Shown piece after piece: positions 27,238-38,539 of a stretch of DNA of 64,000 bases. Below the pieces are notes generated by a model. That model made no database searches. It was not told the origin of the DNA and saw nothing but the letters and a program-made list of their open reading frames with translations. Each line of letters opens with the position of its first letter. The first letter of the stretch is position 1. Where the stretch lies: contig NC_135811.1 of the NCBI RefSeq assembly GCF_964213995.1, positions 32,984,001 through 33,048,000 of the forward strand. The letters are read 5' to 3'. Source of the DNA: Mustelus asterias (lineage: Eukaryota). The translations under genes and the position numbers were made by a program.

Positions 27238-27766
27238 CCCGGCAGCAGCAAGCAATTGCGTCATGAGACCTGACTGAAAAAGGTTTTGTGCTGTTTTCTT
27301 CAACTTAATATTTTGTTAAAACAGCACCGCCAGGAGAGGAACACCTTCAGAATTATTAAAACAATACTTTTTTTTAAAAAAGGTCGCTAAAAACACCACT
27401 GAGCAGTAAATAGAATTTCCTTTTCTTGATTAAAAAAGTAATTTCCTGGCTGCACATCTCATATATTTCATTCCTCCCGGAAGGATTTTATTTGATTAAA
27501 ATGATCACAGTGGGTGCACCATAGTGATCGCTAATTGCAGTACCACCTGCTACAACACAAGTGCCTCCACACCTGCATCAGTGACACAAAGGGAATATAG
27601 CCCAAAACAAGCATTGCTGTAAAATCAATTTACAACATGAACGTCGAGCAAATAGGTTTTTGCTTGCATAAGAATAAATTAAACTTTAACCCAGTTTCTT
27701 TATCTTCCCTCACAATTATCTTCCCTTCCCGACAGATATTTGTCTTTGGCTGGCCTTACCCAAATG

Positions 27767-27860
27767 CAATAAGAGTTTTAACAACACTAGGTTTTACCTG
27801 GTGTTGTTAAAACTCTTACTGTGTTTACCCAAGTCCAACGCCGGCACCTCCACATCATGA
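27767..27860 (+). mobile_element. Penelope-like mini hairpin element
   Basis: Inverted arms plus family tail; TSD cttacccaaatg at 27755-27766 and 27861-27872. Confidence 0.8.
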
Positions 27861-28331
27861 CTTACCCAAATGGCCATTATTCATGTCTGGAGTCTACTTG
27901 AACATGGAACACATCAAAACTGAGCAACAACCCTTAGCTCACAGAGACATGCACACTTCTAGCAGAGGTCAGTGAATAGCAAATCAGGACTGGAAAGCCC
28001 AGCTCATTTTCTTCCACCTGGAACAGCCTCTGGGGACAAAAGTAGGACTCCTGTCACTACTCTACTGCTATCAGCTAACTCCACACAAACTAAGGAACCA
28101 AATCTTTCCTCTGTGGCTTAGCTATTTACTGGCTCAACACATAGAGATATGGGCGCATGAGGTGACAGGTTCTTCGGAGTAAAAAACCTATTTATCTCAC
28201 GGTTACAGCTATAGTTGACCAAATTCTATTTTTGCAATTGTTACAGTACACAATTTGTAAATGTTATTAGGTTTCACCAATAATTATGAACAATGAATTT
28301 TAGTCCCTCACTTGTTCTGATACTTAGATAC

Positions 28332-29378
28332 GGGGCCCTATTTTACCATTGCGTCGCGCCCGTTTGGTGAAGTCGGCTGTGAGGCCATTAACATGAACCG
28401 CGCCCGCGTTTGCGCAGATGGCCACTTTGCTGAGACCCGGGAATGGCCGCGATCCGATTCACGCCCGAAACGGGCGCAACAGCGATTTAAATGTATTTGC
28501 ATGCATTTAAATTGAATTAATGAACTGCCCGCCCAACTTTATCGGCATTTCCCTCTTTACCACCGCGTTCGCTGATCCGGAATCGTGCCGAAATGGACAT
28601 GCTGAATAAAAGTCTGAATTGGGCGCTCCAGCTGCTGAAGAGGCGTGTTCAGCACTTCCAACAGGCTCGTTGACGCAGATCAGTGGTTGTGTGTGTGGGG
28701 GCGGGGGGGGGGGGGGGGGGGGCGGGGGGGGGGTCAGATCATTCTCTGGCTGGGGGGGTGGGGGGAGGGGAGTAAGGTCAGATCATTCTCTGGTTAGGGG
28801 GGGGGGGGGGAGGGCCGATCATTGTCTGGTGGTGGGGGGGGGGGGGGGGGGGGGCCGATCTTTCTCTGGTTGGGGGAGTGGGGGGGGAAGTGAGGCCAGA
28901 TCATTCTTTGGAGGGAGGGGGGAAGAGGAGGAGGCGGGTAAGATGGATCTCTGAGGGGTGGCGGTGGGGGGCAGAGGGGTCTGCTGCCACTCTGCGGGCG
29001 ATCGGTGGGGGGGGGGGGCGAAGGGGGGGCAGGGGGTCTCGATCGGTCTGAGTAGCAGTGGGGGATGGATAAGGCGGACAGTGATATTTGTGGGGGGCAT
29101 CGCTCCCGCTTTTCGCTCCCGGGCCGCTTTCTCCGCTTTTTGCGGCCCGGGAGCGATGTGACATGGGCGCGCTTTTTCAAATTTTTTCTAACTGCGCATG
29201 CGCAGTTCAGAGCTCCGATCGTTTTGGGCATACTATGCCCCGTCCACAGCACGATTCAGACTCGCGATTTTTTTTTCATGCTGAGTGCGTATGGGGGCGC
29301 CTGAAGGCAGATTTCCAAGTCGGATCTGAATTGCGCCCAGATTCAGCACTTAGAATGAAAATGGTGAAATCAGGTCCA
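28332..29378. mobile_element. ~1-kb GC/CpG-rich non-autonomous DNA transposon (MITE-like) with internal G-run repeats
   Basis: Imperfect TIR ggggccctattttaccatt / aatggtgaaatcaggtcca (14 of 19 match); sharp GC boundaries. Confidence 0.6.
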
Positions 29379-29428
29379 CTAATATTAAAACTGTAGCACA
29401 TAGAAACATGGAAACACTGCAAAATATG

Positions 29429-29732
29429 AGGCACGGTGGCACAGTGGTTAGCACTGCTGCCTCACAGTGCCAGGGACCTGGGTTCGATTCCCAGCTTGGG
29501 TCACTGTCTGTGTGGAGTCTGCGTTCTCCCCATGTCTGCATGGGTTTCCTCTGGGTGCTCCGGTTTCCTCCCACAGTCCGAAAGACGTGCTGGTTAGGTG
29601 CATTGGCCATACTTAATTCTCCCTCAGTGTACTGAACAGGCGCCAGAGTGTGGCGACTAGGGGACTGTCACAGTAACTTCATTGCAGTGTTAACGTAGGC
29701 CTACTTGTGACACTAATAAATAAACTTTAAAC
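29429..29732 (+). mobile_element. HE1-like V-SINE with alternative tail
   Basis: A/B boxes, V-core, same tail. Confidence 0.88.
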
Positions 29733-31680
29733 TATGAGGAGCCACCAGAAATTCAATTCATTTATTTTACCCAAGCAAGTTTGTTGCTTTAAAAAAAAAG
29801 CAAAAACCTCAAATGATAGCTTGAAGTTCCAATCTGCTCCTGCGGGACTGTTGAGTGGTAAAGACAGCAAGTAAAAGTTGATGAGCAAAGTCATATACGA
29901 GAGGTCATAGAGAACGCAGGTTAGAAAGTAACACGGCCAACATTAGCAAGTGAACATGCTCATTTAACCTTCCTGTTACACATTTGTCCATTAATATCAG
30001 CTGAAGCGATTTCGAGGCTTCAGCTTTTAAGTATCTCCTTCAGAGGAATTTGGAGTCAAATCAACAAAAAAAAGCTGACTGATTTGACTGTGTAAACCTG
30101 GAAAGAGGCGAAGAATACACCCAACCAAATCCACCATTTTGGTGGCTTTCGAACATTCAAATGGGACGATGTGGCTTTAACTTCTTTTACACGTCCCTAA
30201 AATGGTGGAAAATTTTCAAGTAAGTTGGAGAAGGACAAAAAACCAAAGCCAGCAACTTGAGTATTCGGACCTCTGACTTGTGCACCGGTTCAACTGAAGT
30301 GCTTTTTCAGTAATTTCCCTTTGGGGACAGATTCCCGATTCAATAAAGTAAGAAAATATTCTTTTTTGTTTTAAAAAGAGCTGCATAAGCATGCAGAACG
30401 TCATCACAGCCAGTGCTTTACAAGAAAAACCGAGACGTTTCTTCTGATGTGCAACCAAGAAACACATTCCAAGGCAAGTCTCATAGGAAACATTTTGTTT
30501 TCAGCCGAGGCACAAGTAAAGAGGCTTATGGGAATCTACTGGTCACAGAGAGACCAATGACATTAATCAGGAGATATAAATTCATCACTTTCTTTTTGAT
30601 CCTCAGCTCGGGCTACTGGCTGTATCACATTGCAGTGTCCAAACCCACCCCTTCCTCAGCTTGAGGAGGCAGCAATGAGAGCACCACTGGGAAGCAGAAA
30701 AATTCACACTGATAATCCTGACCCAAGAAAAATGGTCTGGTTTGGTTGGGGACGCAGCCATGAGGTGGTCACATCCCAGAGTTGCAGCAGTGTAGAATCC
30801 AAGAGGAAATTCTGTCCCCTGGCATTTCTTGGCTACTGCCAACGCCATCTTTATCTCTTCCTCATTAGTGAAGCCATTCGGTAATGTAAACAGGGCCTGC
30901 AAGGAGGAAGGACATACAAATTCTCACTGCAGCCTTCCAGTTCCACCCCGCAGAATAAAATATGATAGATTGGTGGGACCTCTTTGGTCCTCCCACTGCT
31001 AATGTGGGCTACAGATGAATGCACTGCATGGTTGGGTACTCAGCCATTGTCCATTGCTGTTCTATGTTGGGTGGGCTGATTTTGGCTGTGGCAGTGAAAT
31101 GGGTGCTTATAATCAGAGACCCCGGGGACAGGGGGGGTGGAAAGGAGTGGAGGAAAGCAGAGAGATCCTGGCCAGTGAGCGTATGAAAATTAGACAGAGC
31201 ATTCAGCTTACACTGACAACCGGGCCACCGACATGTGTGATAAGTTCAAACACAAATCATGCCAGTTGAGAGGGTTGCTGTTTGGAAGTCGGGGGGGGGG
31301 AGGGCACTCCTGCTGTCAATGGATCCCCACTGTCGCCCCTGGAAGGGAAAGTGCCTTCAGAAGGGAAAGAAAACAGCGCATTGACAAAAAAAGGTTGACA
31401 GGTGAAATAAATAAGAAAGAACAGAGGCGAGCACTGACCAAAAATCAACCAGAAACCATAGTTCAAATGTGAGAAAAAAAGAGGATACAATGATCTTTCA
31501 CAGGCAACACAGAAAGGACACAAGCAAAACTCCACAGTCAGAGCCTTTCAGCAAGATATAGAGATCTGTCACAGAAGAATGAGAAAAAACACATTTATAA
31601 ACAGACTAGGCAGAAAAAGTGATGGAGCAAATTATTAAAAAGTCCATTGGAAACTGAAAAACAACAAACAGGTCAAAATG

Positions 31681-31972
31681 GGTGGCACAGTGGTTAGCAC
31701 TGCTGCCTCACAGCACCAGGGACCCAGGTTCGATTCACAGCGTGGGAGACTGTCTGTGTGGAGTTTGCATGTTCTCCCCGTGTCCGCGTGGGTTTCCTCC
31801 GGGTGCTCTGGTTTCCTCCCATAGTCCGAAAGACGTGCTGGTTGGGTGCATTGGCCGTGCTAAATTTTCCCTCAGTGCACCCGAATGTGGCGACTAGGGG
31901 ACGTTCATAGTAACTTCATTGCAGTTTTTAATGTAAGCCTACTTGTGACATTAATAAATAAACTTAAAACTT
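31681..31972 (+). mobile_element. HE1-like V-SINE with alternative tail
   Basis: A/B boxes, V-core, same tail. Confidence 0.88.
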
Positions 31973-32475
31973 ACATTCCAGGAATGGGTTACAAAACACT
32001 AAAAGCACAGCAAATGATTCTGAAGGGACTATAATATTTCTCTTTGCTGCTCTGGGGACAGAGGCAATCTTCCAAAAAATGCAGTTCAGAGTTTCCTTGT
32101 TCACTCAGCAGTTCAAGAACTGATAAAAGAGTCTCAGAGCTGCTGCTGAATTTGGAGGGAAACCGAAAACTAAAAATAACGGACCGCTATTTCATTTCAC
32201 ATTCTGAAAATGTCTTCAGTGTTACTTGGCAGAAAATAATCAGCTGGTTTGTAGAATTGACAAACTGTAGCAGTGAAAGATTTGTTGGCTTTGGACAACA
32301 CAGGATGTGAGCTGCTTGCTTGAGTTTTTGCATCATAAATGTTGCTTTGCTCAAGAGTTAAGATATTCTGCGCTATTTTGAAAATCTCAATTCCCCATAT
32401 CTTCAATATGCAAATTTCCGGTTCAGAGCTGGAGCCTTTCACATCTCGCCACTGGAGATTCTGTCTGATGATAGT

Positions 32476-32815
32476 TTTTTAAAATTCATTCGTGGCACAT
32501 GGGCATCGCTGGCTGGCCAGCATTTATTGCCCATCCCTAGTTGCTGGACGGGCAGTTGAGAGTCAACCACATTGCTGCGGCTCTGAAGTCACATGGAGGT
32601 CAGTCCGGGTAAGGACGGCAGATTTCCTTCCCTCGAGCACACTAGTTTTTCCAACAATCGACAATGCTTTCATGGTCATCAGTAGATTCTTAATTTCAGA
32701 CATTTTTTTCTTAATTCGAATTCCACCATCTGCCATGGCGGGATTCGAACCCAGGTCCCCAGAACATGAGTTAAGTTTCTGGATTAATTGTCCAGCGATA
32801 ATACCACTGAGGCCA
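32476..32815 (-). mobile_element. tRNA-derived SINE, second family
   Basis: Minus-strand A box (agtggt) and B box (ggttcgaatccc); LINE-type tail with poly(A). Confidence 0.75.
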
Positions 32816-34492
32816 ACGTACCCCAGTTACCCTGACTTTCTCAGTAAAATTAACAAAATGTCGGTTTGCCCCTCCGGACATTTGAGTAGACTAATGGAAC
32901 AAGGAACAGGAAAATAAAGAGTGGGGAAACTAAATTTGAAAGTGAATAAAAAAAACATATTTCATTAGATGTGAAGTGGGAGAAAAGCCCAAGACATCTT
33001 TTTAAAATTTTACTCTAACCTGGTGAAAAGTGTGTGAAAAAAATTGCATAATTTCAGGCAAAAATGATCTGAAAGTATTCATGTCAAGAAATATTTTGTT
33101 ACTGTATATTGCAAAATGTCCATCTTATATAAGCATATTGAAACATTTTAAGCTTTCATATTTATCTAGTCTCTTTGCACAATATTTGGCAACAAAATCA
33201 GAAATGATTATACCAAGAATTGACCAATGGAACAACATAGGGAGTTGGGCAATTTTTGGAACGCAACTGAACAGGGTCAAGAGTTATTGTTAACTATTCA
33301 AAAACATTTGTTACCTAAATAAAGAGGCAGCAAAAAAAGGCTGAACATTGCCAATGAAGAGTTGCACATATGGATCAGCCATGTATCTTGCGGCTGGAGA
33401 AATGCATTAGCAAGTGTACAAGTCTTCAGGCCAAAGCACTCAGAAATCCACAAAGGTGGAGTTGCTGTTTGCCCAGTGTAGAGTGCATACCCAATTCATC
33501 CACATTAAAAGAATCTAGCTTCGCTGTAGCCATGGCTATTGAGCATGCACAGTGTGATTTATAATTTACCAGCACTGAGCATTGGCAAACTTACTGTTGA
33601 TTATCTTTTTTTTTTACTCCATTCTGAGCCAATGCTCAGAGTGGACCAGGCAAACCCATTCCTTGCTTGCTCCAAAAACCAAATTCAAATTGAATCCAAT
33701 TCACGGTCCTGAGAATAGAGACAAACAAGCTGACAAGATACGGCATTATACCGCATCTTGGGTTTGATCTGACGCTTGACTTTAGCCAAAACGTTGTTGA
33801 TGATCCTGTTAGGATTGGCCTACCTATTAGTGCATTGTCTTGCAGAGTCACTTGGGCAAGGGTGGGATGAATTCCAGTGACAGGTCCACCCTTTCATGTT
33901 GGCTTGTCAGTTATCAATAGTGCATTGCAATACTCCAAATATCAGAGTTGACTTCAATCAGCAGGTATGTCCTCAAGCAAAGCCCATTTCCCTCTCCACT
34001 GAGTGTTAGGTGTTAGCCAGTAAACAACTGCCAATATACTTGCCTTAGAGAAGGGGCACTAGATTGATTCGCAGTTATCCCATGAGGAGATCATTGATCC
34101 ACTGGAGCAAGCTGAGAGGGGTGATTGAAAAGCAGCAGTGCTGGTAAGAGATTAATTGGATTAATTGAATTGTTTATTTATTTAATTAGTCAGCTAGTGT
34201 GTGTATTTTTTTGGCCTTTACTTTAACAGCAGTTTTTCAAGTTTAAAGTGAAAACTAGAAGTGGGCAGCAAAGGAGTCTGGGAAGGGTTTTTATTTTAAC
34301 TTTAAAAGTCAGTTACCTGGGTGGTTCCCCCTCAGTAGTAGTTTGTTTTTTCTCTTGGGCCCCTAGCCCTATAAATTGGTGCAGAGGAGATACCCGATCC
34401 TCTACACTGGTAGAGGATCCCACCCTTCCATCCTCCTCTAACCTAATTATAAGTGTGGGGAAGTTTTTTGTTTTCTTTTTTTCTTGCTGGTA

Positions 34493-35422
34493 ATGGCTTC
34501 AGGGATGGCAGTTCAGGCAGTATGCTGCATCTCCTGTGGGATGTATGTGGTGAGGAAATCCAGTAGTGTTTCAGGAGATTTTAGTTGTAAGAAGTGCATT
34601 AGATTGCAGCTTCTGGAGGAGCGTGTAAAGGAGCTGGAGGGGGAGGTAGAGGAACTCCGCATAATTCGGGAGGCGGAGGTGGAAGTTGATAGGAGTTATA
34701 GAGAAATAGTAACTCCTAGAAATGAGGCTTGGGTCAATGCCAGGAGGAGGGGTAAGAAGCAATCGGGAAGACAATCCCCTGGGGCGGTTCCCCTCCATAA
34801 TAGGTTTTCGGTGCTGGAGGCTACAGTTGAGGAGGAATCAACTGAGCATAGAGAGCAGATCTCTGGGGGTGAGCCGAGTGAGAAAGCTCAGGTGGTTAGG
34901 GGCTGTAAAAGACTGGGCCTTGTGATTGGGGACTCCACAATTAAGGGGACAGATAGGAGGGTCGGAACTAAAGGTAGGGACTCAGGGTTGGTGTGTTGCC
35001 TACCAGGGGCTGGGGTCCGGGATGTGTCTGACAGGGTATTCAGGACTCTTAGGGGGGAGGGAGATAAACCACAAGTTATTGTACATGTGGGGACACACGA
35101 CATAGGGAGGATAGGGGAAGGGGATATTAGGCAGGGATTTATGGAGTTGGGGTGGAAACTAAAGGCCAAGACTGACAGAGTGGTTATCTCTGGACTCTTG
35201 CCTGTACCACGGGATAGTTTAGAGAGGAATAGGGAGAGGGAAGGTTTGAATTCATGGCTGAGGGGATGGTGCAGGAGGGAGGGGTTCAGGTACTTAAGCA
35301 ATTGGGGCTCGTACTGGGGAAGGTGTGACCTCTATGAGAAGGATGGTCTACACCTTAATCAGAAGGGGACCAATATCCTGGGGGGTAAATTTGCTAAGGC
35401 CATGCAGGGAGGTTTAAACTGA
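34493..35422 (+). CDS. CR1 ORF1: zinc finger, coiled coil and SGNH esterase-like domain
   Basis: CISC...CKKC, heptad LQLLEERVKELEGEVEELRII, SGNH blocks VIGDS, PGA, VHVGTHD and DGLH. First ATG at 34493, second in-frame ATG at 34505. Confidence 0.92.
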   Translation: MASGMAVQAVCCISCGMYVVRKSSSVSGDFSCKKCIRLQLLEERVKELEGEVEELRIIREAEVEVDRSYREIVTPRNEAWVNARRRGKKQSGRQSPGAVPLHNRFSVLEATVEEESTEHREQISGGEPSEKAQVVRGCKRLGLVIGDSTIKGTDRRVGTKGRDSGLVCCLPGAGVRDVSDRVFRTLRGEGDKPQVIVHVGTHDIGRIGEGDIRQGFMELGWKLKAKTDRVVISGLLPVPRDSLERNREREGLNSWLRGWCRREGFRYLSNWGSYWGRCDLYEKDGLHLNQKGTNILGGKFAKAMQGGLN

Positions 35423-35511
35423 TTCGGGGGGGGGGAGGGATCCTGAGTAGTGGGGCTGAAAGTGAGGGATGCATAGATGGGGACTGCAATGCACGGCATT
35501 GCAGAGGTGGG

Positions 35512-38292
35512 GTGGAGCAGGGTTTGAAATGTGTATACTTCAATGCCAGGAGTATTCGCAATAAAGTGGGTGAACTTGCAGCGTGGATCAGTACCTGGGA
35601 CTTCGATGTTGTGGCTATTTCAGAGACATGGATAGAGCAGGGGCAGGAATGGATGCTGCAGGTCCCGGGGTTCAAATGTTTTAGTCGAAGTAGGGAAGGA
35701 GGTAGAAGAGGGGGAGGGGTAGCATTATTGGTCAGAGATTGTATCACAGTGTCAGAGAGGAGGTTTGATGAGGACTTATCTGTTGAGGTAGTATGGGCGG
35801 AGATTAGAAATAGGAGAGGAGAGGTCACCCTGTTGGGAGTCTTTTATAGACCTCCTAAAAGTTCTAGAGAGGTTGAGGAAAGGATTGCGGAGTCAATCCT
35901 GCTTAGGAGTGAAAGTAATAGGGCAATTGTTATGGGGGATTTTAACTTGACTAATATTGACTGGAATTGTTATAGCTCTAGCTCGTTAGAGGGGTCAGTT
36001 TTTGTTCAAAGCGTGCAGGAAGGTTTTTTGACTCAGTATGTAGACAGGCCAACTAGAGGTGAGGCTATATTGGATCTGGTGCTGGGAAATGAGCCAGACC
36101 AGGTGCTAGACTTGGAAGTTGGTGTGCATTTTGGTGATAGTGACCACAATTCGGTTACGTTCACCTTAGTGATGGAAAGGGATAGGCATGAACCTCGGGC
36201 CAGTGGTTTTAGCTGGGGGAAGGGTAATTATGAGGCTATTAGGAGAGAATTAGGAAACATAGGTTGGACTAGGAGATTACAGGGACTGGGAACGTCCGAC
36301 ATGTGGAGTTTTTTCAAGGAGCAGCTACTGCGAGTCTGTGATAGGTATGTCCCTGTCAGGCAAGGAGGAATTGGTAGGGCTAGGGAACCGTGGTGCACCA
36401 AAAAAGTTTCTTTGTTGGTTAAAAAGAAAAAGGAGGCTTATGTTCGGATGAGACGTGAGCACTCGGGTAGTGCACTAGAAAGCTTTAGATTGGCTAAGAG
36501 GGAGTTGAAGAGCGAGCTTAGAAGGGCTAAAAGGGGACATGAGAAGACTTTGGCGGATAGGGTTAAAGAGAATCCTAAGGCGTTCTATAGGTATGTCAAG
36601 AACAGAAGGTTGGTTAGGGCAAGTTTAGGGCCAGTTATAGATGGCAGAGGGAAGTTATGTGTGGAACCGGAGGAGATTGGTGAAGCATTGAACCAATATT
36701 TCTCTTCGGTGTTCACGCAAGGGGACATGAATATAGCTGAGGAGGACACTGGGTTGCAAGGGAGTAGAATAGACAGTATTACAGTTGATAAGGAGGATGT
36801 GCAGGATATTCTGGAGGGTCTGAAAATAGATAAATCCCCTGGTCCGGATGGGATTTATCCAAGGATTCTCTGGGAGGCAAGAGAAGTGATTGCAGAGCCT
36901 CTGGCTCTGATCTTCAGGTCGTCGTTGGCCTCTGGTATAGTACCAGAAGATTGGAGGTTAGCGAATGTTGTCCCATTGTTTAAGAAGGGGAACAGAGACT
37001 TCCCCGGGAATTATAGACCGGTGAGTCTCACTTCTGTTGTCGGCAAGATGTTGGAAAAAATTATAAGGGATAGGATTTATAGTTATTTGGAGAGTAATGA
37101 ATTGATAGGTGATAGTCAGCATGGTTTTGTGGCAGGTAGGTCGTGCCTTACTAACCTTATTGAGTTTTTTGAGAAAGTGACCAAGGAGGTGGATGGGGGC
37201 AAGGCAGTGGACGTGGTATATATGGATTTTAGTAAGGCGTTTGATAAGGTTCACCATGGTAGGCTTCTGCAGAAAATGCAGATGTATGGGATTGGGGGTG
37301 ATCTAGGAAATTGGATCAGGAATTGGCTAGCGGATAGGAAACAGAGGGTGGTGGTTGATAGTAAATATTCATCATGGAGTGCGGTTACAAGTGGTGTACC
37401 TCAGGGATCTGTTTTGGGGCCACTGCTGTTTGTAATATTTATTAATGATCTGGATGAGGGTATAGTTGGGTGGATTAGCAAATTTGCTGATGACACCAAA
37501 GTCGGTGGTGTGGTAGACAGTGAGGAAGGGTGTCGTAGTTTGCAGGAAGACTTAGACAGGTTGCAAAGTTGGGCCGAGAGGTGGCGGATGGAGTTTAATG
37601 CGGAGAAGTGTGAGGTAATTCACTTTGGTAGGAATAACAGATGTGTTGAGTATAGGGCTAACGGGAGGACTTTGAATAGTGTGGAGGAGCAGAGGGATCT
37701 AGGTGTATGTGTGCATAGATCCCTGAAAGTTGGGAATCAAGTAGATAAGGTTGTTAAGAAGGCATATGGTGTCTTGGCGTTTATTGGTAGGGGGATTGAA
37801 TTTAGGAGTCGTAGCGTTATGTTGCAACTGTACACAACTCTGGTGCGGCCGCACTTGGAGTACTGTGTGCAGTTCTGGTCCCCACATTACAGGAAGGATG
37901 TGGAGGCTTTGGAGAGGGTGCAGAGGAGGTTTACCAGGATGTTGCCTGGTATGGAGGGGAGATCCTATGAGGAGAGGCTGAGGGATTTGGGATTGTTTTC
38001 GCTGGAAAGGCGGCGGCTAAGAGGGGATCTTATTGAAACATATAAGATGATTAGAGGTTTAGATAGGGTGGATAGTGATAGCCTTTTTCCTCTGATGGAG
38101 AAATCCAGCACGAGGGGGCATGGCTTTAAATTGAGGGGGGGTAGTTATAGAACCGATGTCAGGGGTAGGTTCTTTACCCAGAGGGTGGTGAGGGATTGGA
38201 ATGCCCTGCCAGCATCAGTAGTAAATGCGCCTAGTTTGGGGGCGTTTAAGAGATCCGTAGATAGGTTCATGGACGAAAAGAAATTGGTTTAG
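35512..38292 (+). CDS. CR1 ORF2: APE endonuclease plus reverse transcriptase
   Basis: EN motifs YFNARS, SETW, YRPP, GDFN, LDL, SDH; RT motifs YRPVSLTS, QHGF, DFSKAFD, GVPQGSVLGPLLF, FADD. The frame is open from 35398; 35512 is a GTG, so the true start is uncertain. Confidence 0.95.
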   Translation: MEQGLKCVYFNARSIRNKVGELAAWISTWDFDVVAISETWIEQGQEWMLQVPGFKCFSRSREGGRRGGGVALLVRDCITVSERRFDEDLSVEVVWAEIRNRRGEVTLLGVFYRPPKSSREVEERIAESILLRSESNRAIVMGDFNLTNIDWNCYSSSSLEGSVFVQSVQEGFLTQYVDRPTRGEAILDLVLGNEPDQVLDLEVGVHFGDSDHNSVTFTLVMERDRHEPRASGFSWGKGNYEAIRRELGNIGWTRRLQGLGTSDMWSFFKEQLLRVCDRYVPVRQGGIGRAREPWCTKKVSLLVKKKKEAYVRMRREHSGSALESFRLAKRELKSELRRAKRGHEKTLADRVKENPKAFYRYVKNRRLVRASLGPVIDGRGKLCVEPEEIGEALNQYFSSVFTQGDMNIAEEDTGLQGSRIDSITVDKEDVQDILEGLKIDKSPGPDGIYPRILWEAREVIAEPLALIFRSSLASGIVPEDWRLANVVPLFKKGNRDFPGNYRPVSLTSVVGKMLEKIIRDRIYSYLESNELIGDSQHGFVAGRSCLTNLIEFFEKVTKEVDGGKAVDVVYMDFSKAFDKVHHGRLLQKMQMYGIGGDLGNWIRNWLADRKQRVVVDSKYSSWSAVTSGVPQGSVLGPLLFVIFINDLDEGIVGWISKFADDTKVGGVVDSEEGCRSLQEDLDRLQSWAERWRMEFNAEKCEVIHFGRNNRCVEYRANGRTLNSVEEQRDLGVCVHRSLKVGNQVDKVVKKAYGVLAFIGRGIEFRSRSVMLQLYTTLVRPHLEYCVQFWSPHYRKDVEALERVQRRFTRMLPGMEGRSYEERLRDLGLFSLERRRLRGDLIETYKMIRGLDRVDSDSLFPLMEKSSTRGHGFKLRGGSYRTDVRGRFFTQRVVRDWNALPASVVNAPSLGAFKRSVDRFMDEKKLV

Positions 38293-38539
38293 GTTGGAGG
38301 GTCACAGTTTGTTTTTTTTAACTGGTCGGTGCAACATCGTGGGCCGAAGGGCCTGTTCTGCGCTGTAATGTTCTATGTTCTATGTTCTATGTTCTATGAG
38401 AGATTGAGTAGACTGAGCCTATATTCAATAGAGTTGAGAAGAAAGAGATAATCTCACTGAAATGAATAAACCTCTTAATGGACTTCACAGGGTAGATGCT
38501 GAGAGGCTATTTCTTCAGCTGGAGAATCTAGAATTAGGG

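Larger units (their letters stand above)
34091..38397 (+). mobile_element. Full-length, apparently intact CR1-clade LINE (shark HER1-like)
   Basis: ~400-nt 5' UTR, two uninterrupted ORFs, 3' stem-loop gggccgaagggcct and (TTCTATG)n tail. GAGA is duplicated at 34087-34090 and 38398-38401; removing the element restores an older CR1 sequence (cat gag gag aga ttg agt aga). Confidence 0.93.

Noticed and set aside
27873-28140. Possible ancient tRNA-SINE remnant (a similar case lies at about 51850-52080)
   Set aside because: Too decayed to assign boundaries or family without a database search.
28332-29378. CpG island / promoter and Gly- or Pro-rich ORFs
   Set aside because: Bounded by TIR-like ends and resembles 44368-45315; the ORFs simply translate G runs.
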